Assembly (NCBI GenBank): GCA_017303715.1
Contig: JAFLBZ010000004.1
Location: 4,887-68,886 of the forward strand
Direction: 5' to 3'
DNA from: Rhodothermia bacterium
Lineage (GTDB): Bacteria; Bacteroidota; Rhodothermia; Rhodothermales; UBA2364
Length of the DNA stretch: 64,000 bases
Part shown: piece after piece, positions 60,986 to 64,000 of the stretch
Numbering within the stretch: position 1 is the stretch's first letter
Layout of the letters: each line of letters begins with the position of its first letter
The notes under the pieces: model-generated
Databases searched by the model: none
What the model saw: the letters and a program-made list of their open reading frames with translations, nothing else
Told to the model about the DNA's origin: nothing
Position numbers and translations under genes: made by a program

Positions 60986-61297
60986 ATGTATGCAATCGTA
61001 GAAATTGCCGGAAAGCAGTTTAAGGTCGAAAGTGGCCAAAAATTGTATGTTCCCAAGCTCTCAATTGAACCCGGCGAGGCCGTTACGCTTGATCAAGTAT
61101 TGTTGGTATCTGGCGATGCGGGTATTCAGGTAGGTACACCTACCGTAGCTGGCGCCTCGGTTTCTGCCGAAGTTGTGGCCCATGTTCGTGCGGATAAAGT
61201 GATCGTATTCAAGAAAAAACGTCGTAAGGGGTATCGGGTAAAGAATGGCCATCGTCAGCCATACACCCAAATAACCATCCAAGCGGTTAACGCATAA
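60986..61297 (+). CDS. rplU: 50S ribosomal protein L21
   Basis: [25 protein letters not shown]. 103 aa. Confidence 0.95.
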   Translation: MYAIVEIAGKQFKVESGQKLYVPKLSIEPGEAVTLDQVLLVSGDAGIQVGTPTVAGASVSAEVVAHVRADKVIVFKKKRRKGYRVKNGHRQPYTQITIQAVNA

Positions 61298-61335
61298 CCC
61301 GATTTTCTTCTAAACTTTTAAACCAGGACTTGATC

Positions 61336-61608
61336 ATGGCACACAAAAAAGGTGTAGGTTCATCCAAAAACGGCCGCGATTCTAAACCGAAGATGTTGGG
61401 CGTTAAAGCATATGGTGGCCAGTTTGTAACCGCTGGTAGCATTATTGTTCGTCAACGTGGCACACGTTTCCATCCGGGTTCCAACGTGATGCGTGGCGGT
61501 GATGATACGCTTTTTGCGACTTCTCACGGCACGGTTCGCTTCTCTGTTGGTCAAAAAAACCGCAAATTCGTGCATATTGACCCGAAGGCTGAAGAAGCTG
61601 TTGCCTAA
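61336..61608 (+). CDS. rpmA: 50S ribosomal protein L27
   Basis: [16 protein letters not shown]...IIVRQRGT. The ATG is at 61336, whereas the track ORF starts at a TTG at 61330. Confidence 0.95.
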   Translation: MAHKKGVGSSKNGRDSKPKMLGVKAYGGQFVTAGSIIVRQRGTRFHPGSNVMRGGDDTLFATSHGTVRFSVGQKNRKFVHIDPKAEEAVA

Positions 61609-61630
61609 GAGGCCCCTACTTGAGATGATG

Positions 61631-61661
61631 AAGCCTGTCCACTTTGGATGGGCTTTTTTTA
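61631..61661 (+). terminator. Rho-independent terminator after rpmA
   Basis: AAGCCTGTCCA-ctt-TGGATGGGCTT, an 11-bp stem with two G:U pairs, followed by a T run. Confidence 0.8.
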
Positions 61662-61789
61662 TGTCTGGTAATGTCATGACGTATAGCATCGCAAAACCTT
61701 ACCGATTTTACATGGCCTAACACAGGCATTTGGGTGAAGATTTTGTATTTTTAATCTGTTCATGTTTTTAGTAACAAATTTTGTTCATC

Positions 61790-63898
61790 ATGAGATATAT
61801 CACCCTTTTGTGCATGGCCTGCATGGTTCAGACCGTTCTTGCGCAACGCTTCACTTACCCCGAAACCCGAAAAACCAACCAGATGGACAGTTATCACGGC
61901 ACCATGGTAGCAGATCCATATCGTTGGTTAGAGGACGACAACAGCGTAGAGACTGCGGCTTGGGTAGAAGCCCAGAATCGTGTCACGTTCGAATGGTTGG
62001 GACGCATTCCCGTTCGCGAAAAAATACGTGAGCGCCTAACCACCTTGTGGAATTATCCTCGTTTTTCAGTTCCCTTTATGGAAGGCGGGAAATATTTTTA
62101 TGCCTATAACAGTGGCCTCCAGAACCAATCTGAGTGGTTTGTTCAAGACCGTTTGGACGGCCCAGCAAGGAGCTTAATCAACCCGAACGACCTTTCTCCA
62201 GATGGAACCGTCGCACTGAATTACATCGTACCGAGCAAAGACGCAAAATATGTGGCATACTCGACCAGTTCAAGCGGTTCCGACTGGCAAAACATCCGCA
62301 TACGGGAAGTGGCTACAGGTAAAGACCTACCCGACTTGGTGGAATGGGTCAAATTTAGCGGTGTTTCGTGGACGAAGGACAGTAAAGGCTTTTTTTACAG
62401 CCGTTACGATCGTCCTGCGCAAGACAATGCACTACAAGCCGTTAATAGCAATCAGAAACTGTACTTCCATCGCATTGGGACACCTCAATCCGATGATGTT
62501 TTGGTGTATAGCCGCCCAGATAAGCCATTTTGGGGATTTGGAGCAAGCACAACCGAGGATGGGAGATTTTTGGTGATCAGCGTTTGGGAAGGTACAGACC
62601 CACGAAACCGTATTTATTTCAAAGACCTAAGTTCGCCCAATGGCGAGGTTAAACCCATTTTCGACGCCTTCGACGCGAATTACGAGTACATCGCAAATCG
62701 TGGAAACACGTTTTATTTTTCCACCAACTTACAGGCACCCAACAATAAATTGGTTTCTTTGGACATTCGGAAGCCGGATCCCAAGTTTTGGCGCACCATC
62801 ATTCCAGAAAACACGGCGGTTATGGAAAGTGTTTCGCTCATCGGCAGTCAATTTGTGGTGCAAACCTTAGAAGATGTAAAAGCAAGACTCTCGCGATACA
62901 GTCTTACCGGAAGAAAATTGGCCGATATACCCTTACCCGGCATTGGGACGGTCTCTGGAATTAACGGCAAACAACAAGGTCGAGAAATGTTTTTTGCGTT
63001 TACGGGTTATACAACGCCCACCACCGTTTACAGATTTGACTTCAACCTATACCGAACCACCATTTTCAGATCGCCCAAAGTAGTTTTTAATCCAAGCGAC
63101 TACGAAACCAAACAGGTATTTTATACCTCGAAAGACGGAACCCGCGTCCCGATGTTTATCAGCCATAAAAAAGGGCTTATCCTCAATGGTCTAAATCCGA
63201 CACTTTTGTATGGTTATGGCGGGTTTAACATCAGTATGAAGCCCGGTTTTAGCGCCAGTAACCTTGCTTGGTTGGAAATGGGCGGCATCTATGCCGTTGC
63301 CAATTTGAGGGGCGGGAATGAATATGGCGAACGTTGGCATCAAGCCGGGATGTTGGACAAAAAGCAACAGGTTTTCGATGACTTCATCGCCGCTGCCGAG
63401 TTTTTAATTGCCGAGAAATACACCTCAACGCCCAAATTGGCGATTCATGGCGGCTCGAATGGCGGCCTGCTGGTTGGTGCAGTATTGAACCAACGCCCAG
63501 ACCTTTTTGGAGCAGCTATTCCGGCAGTTGGTGTGATGGATATGCTCCGTTATCATCTATTCACCATTGGATGGGCTTGGGCATCGGAATATGGCCGCTC
63601 GGACGACAAAGATGCCTTTAAAACGCTCTTTGCCTATTCGCCCCTGCACAATATTCGTAAAGGGACAGCGTATCCACCAACACTTATCCAAACCGCAGAC
63701 CACGACGATCGTGTGGTTCCCGCACATTCGTTTAAATATGCAGCAACTCTTCAGGAGGCACAAGGTGGTAGTGCGCCCATTCTGCTGCGTGTAGAAACCA
63801 AAGCCGGACACGGAGCCGGAAAACCAACGGCTAAGATGATTGAGGGCGAAACCGACAAGTGGGCTTTTTTGGTTAAGGCATTGGAAATGAAGTACTAA
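61790..63898 (+). CDS. Prolyl oligopeptidase (S9A prolyl endopeptidase)
   Basis: Signal peptide, PYRWLED N-terminal motif, catalytic-Ser block GGSNGGLL, and C-terminal DDRV..H. About 702 aa. Confidence 0.9.
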   Translation: MRYITLLCMACMVQTVLAQRFTYPETRKTNQMDSYHGTMVADPYRWLEDDNSVETAAWVEAQNRVTFEWLGRIPVREKIRERLTTLWNYPRFSVPFMEGGKYFYAYNSGLQNQSEWFVQDRLDGPARSLINPNDLSPDGTVALNYIVPSKDAKYVAYSTSSSGSDWQNIRIREVATGKDLPDLVEWVKFSGVSWTKDSKGFFYSRYDRPAQDNALQAVNSNQKLYFHRIGTPQSDDVLVYSRPDKPFWGFGASTTEDGRFLVISVWEGTDPRNRIYFKDLSSPNGEVKPIFDAFDANYEYIANRGNTFYFSTNLQAPNNKLVSLDIRKPDPKFWRTIIPENTAVMESVSLIGSQFVVQTLEDVKARLSRYSLTGRKLADIPLPGIGTVSGINGKQQGREMFFAFTGYTTPTTVYRFDFNLYRTTIFRSPKVVFNPSDYETKQVFYTSKDGTRVPMFISHKKGLILNGLNPTLLYGYGGFNISMKPGFSASNLAWLEMGGIYAVANLRGGNEYGERWHQAGMLDKKQQVFDDFIAAAEFLIAEKYTSTPKLAIHGGSNGGLLVGAVLNQRPDLFGAAIPAVGVMDMLRYHLFTIGWAWASEYGRSDDKDAFKTLFAYSPLHNIRKGTAYPPTLIQTADHDDRVVPAHSFKYAATLQEAQGGSAPILLRVETKAGHGAGKPTAKMIEGETDKWAFLVKALEMKY

Positions 63899-63911
63899 CA
63901 ATGCGAGTTAT

Positions 63912-64000
63912 GGGTAATCAGATTGTAGATGATCAAATTTTGAACGGCTACCAGGATTCTTAAACCCCGTTTAGCCCTATCGGGGTGGTATTATAGGACA
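63912..64000 (-). repeat. Dispersed intergenic repeat, copy C (same orientation as copy A, truncated by the window end)
   Basis: agccctatcggggtggtat here compares with agctccataggggcggtag and agccccgtagaggtggcat in copy A. The preceding gatcaaatttt..acgg resembles catcaatttcgg of copy A. Confidence 0.5.

Overview
This 64-kb window looks like an ordinary core-chromosome region of an FCB-group bacterium (Bacteroidota/Rhodothermota/Balneolota-like). The lineage guess rests on a CarboxypepD_reg-type TonB-dependent receptor, a short GlgA-like gene next to a DUF4270-like lipoprotein, BamD, a LolC/E permease and many lipoproteins, and I cannot confirm it. I call about 57 protein genes, mostly housekeeping: rnr, aspS, eno, efp, accBC, gcvH, guaA, truA, aroK, tatD, rplU-rpmA, ybeY, hpf and pruA. 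There is also one tRNA-Thr(CGT), one gene remnant and several rho-independent terminators. I found no rRNA, CRISPR array, transposase or integrase, prophage, or recognisable defence or toxin-antitoxin system. The features that gene annotation does not explain are listed here.
1. A dispersed 160-175 nt intergenic repeat family with twin GC-hairpin modules. Two well-conserved copies lie in inverted orientation 49.7 kb apart (5641-5801 and 55475-55649). A third copy is cut by the window end, and there are two degenerate or partial relatives.
2. A 25-bp tandem repeat of 4.4 units that supplies the C-terminal codons and stop of a 64-aa membrane-protein gene.
3. An AT-rich islet at about 58.3-60.0 kb with a TonB-receptor C-terminal remnant and two small secreted-protein genes.
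4. Several large ORF-free spacers and an orphan terminator upstream of aspS.
All homology calls come from motif recognition by eye. No database search was run.
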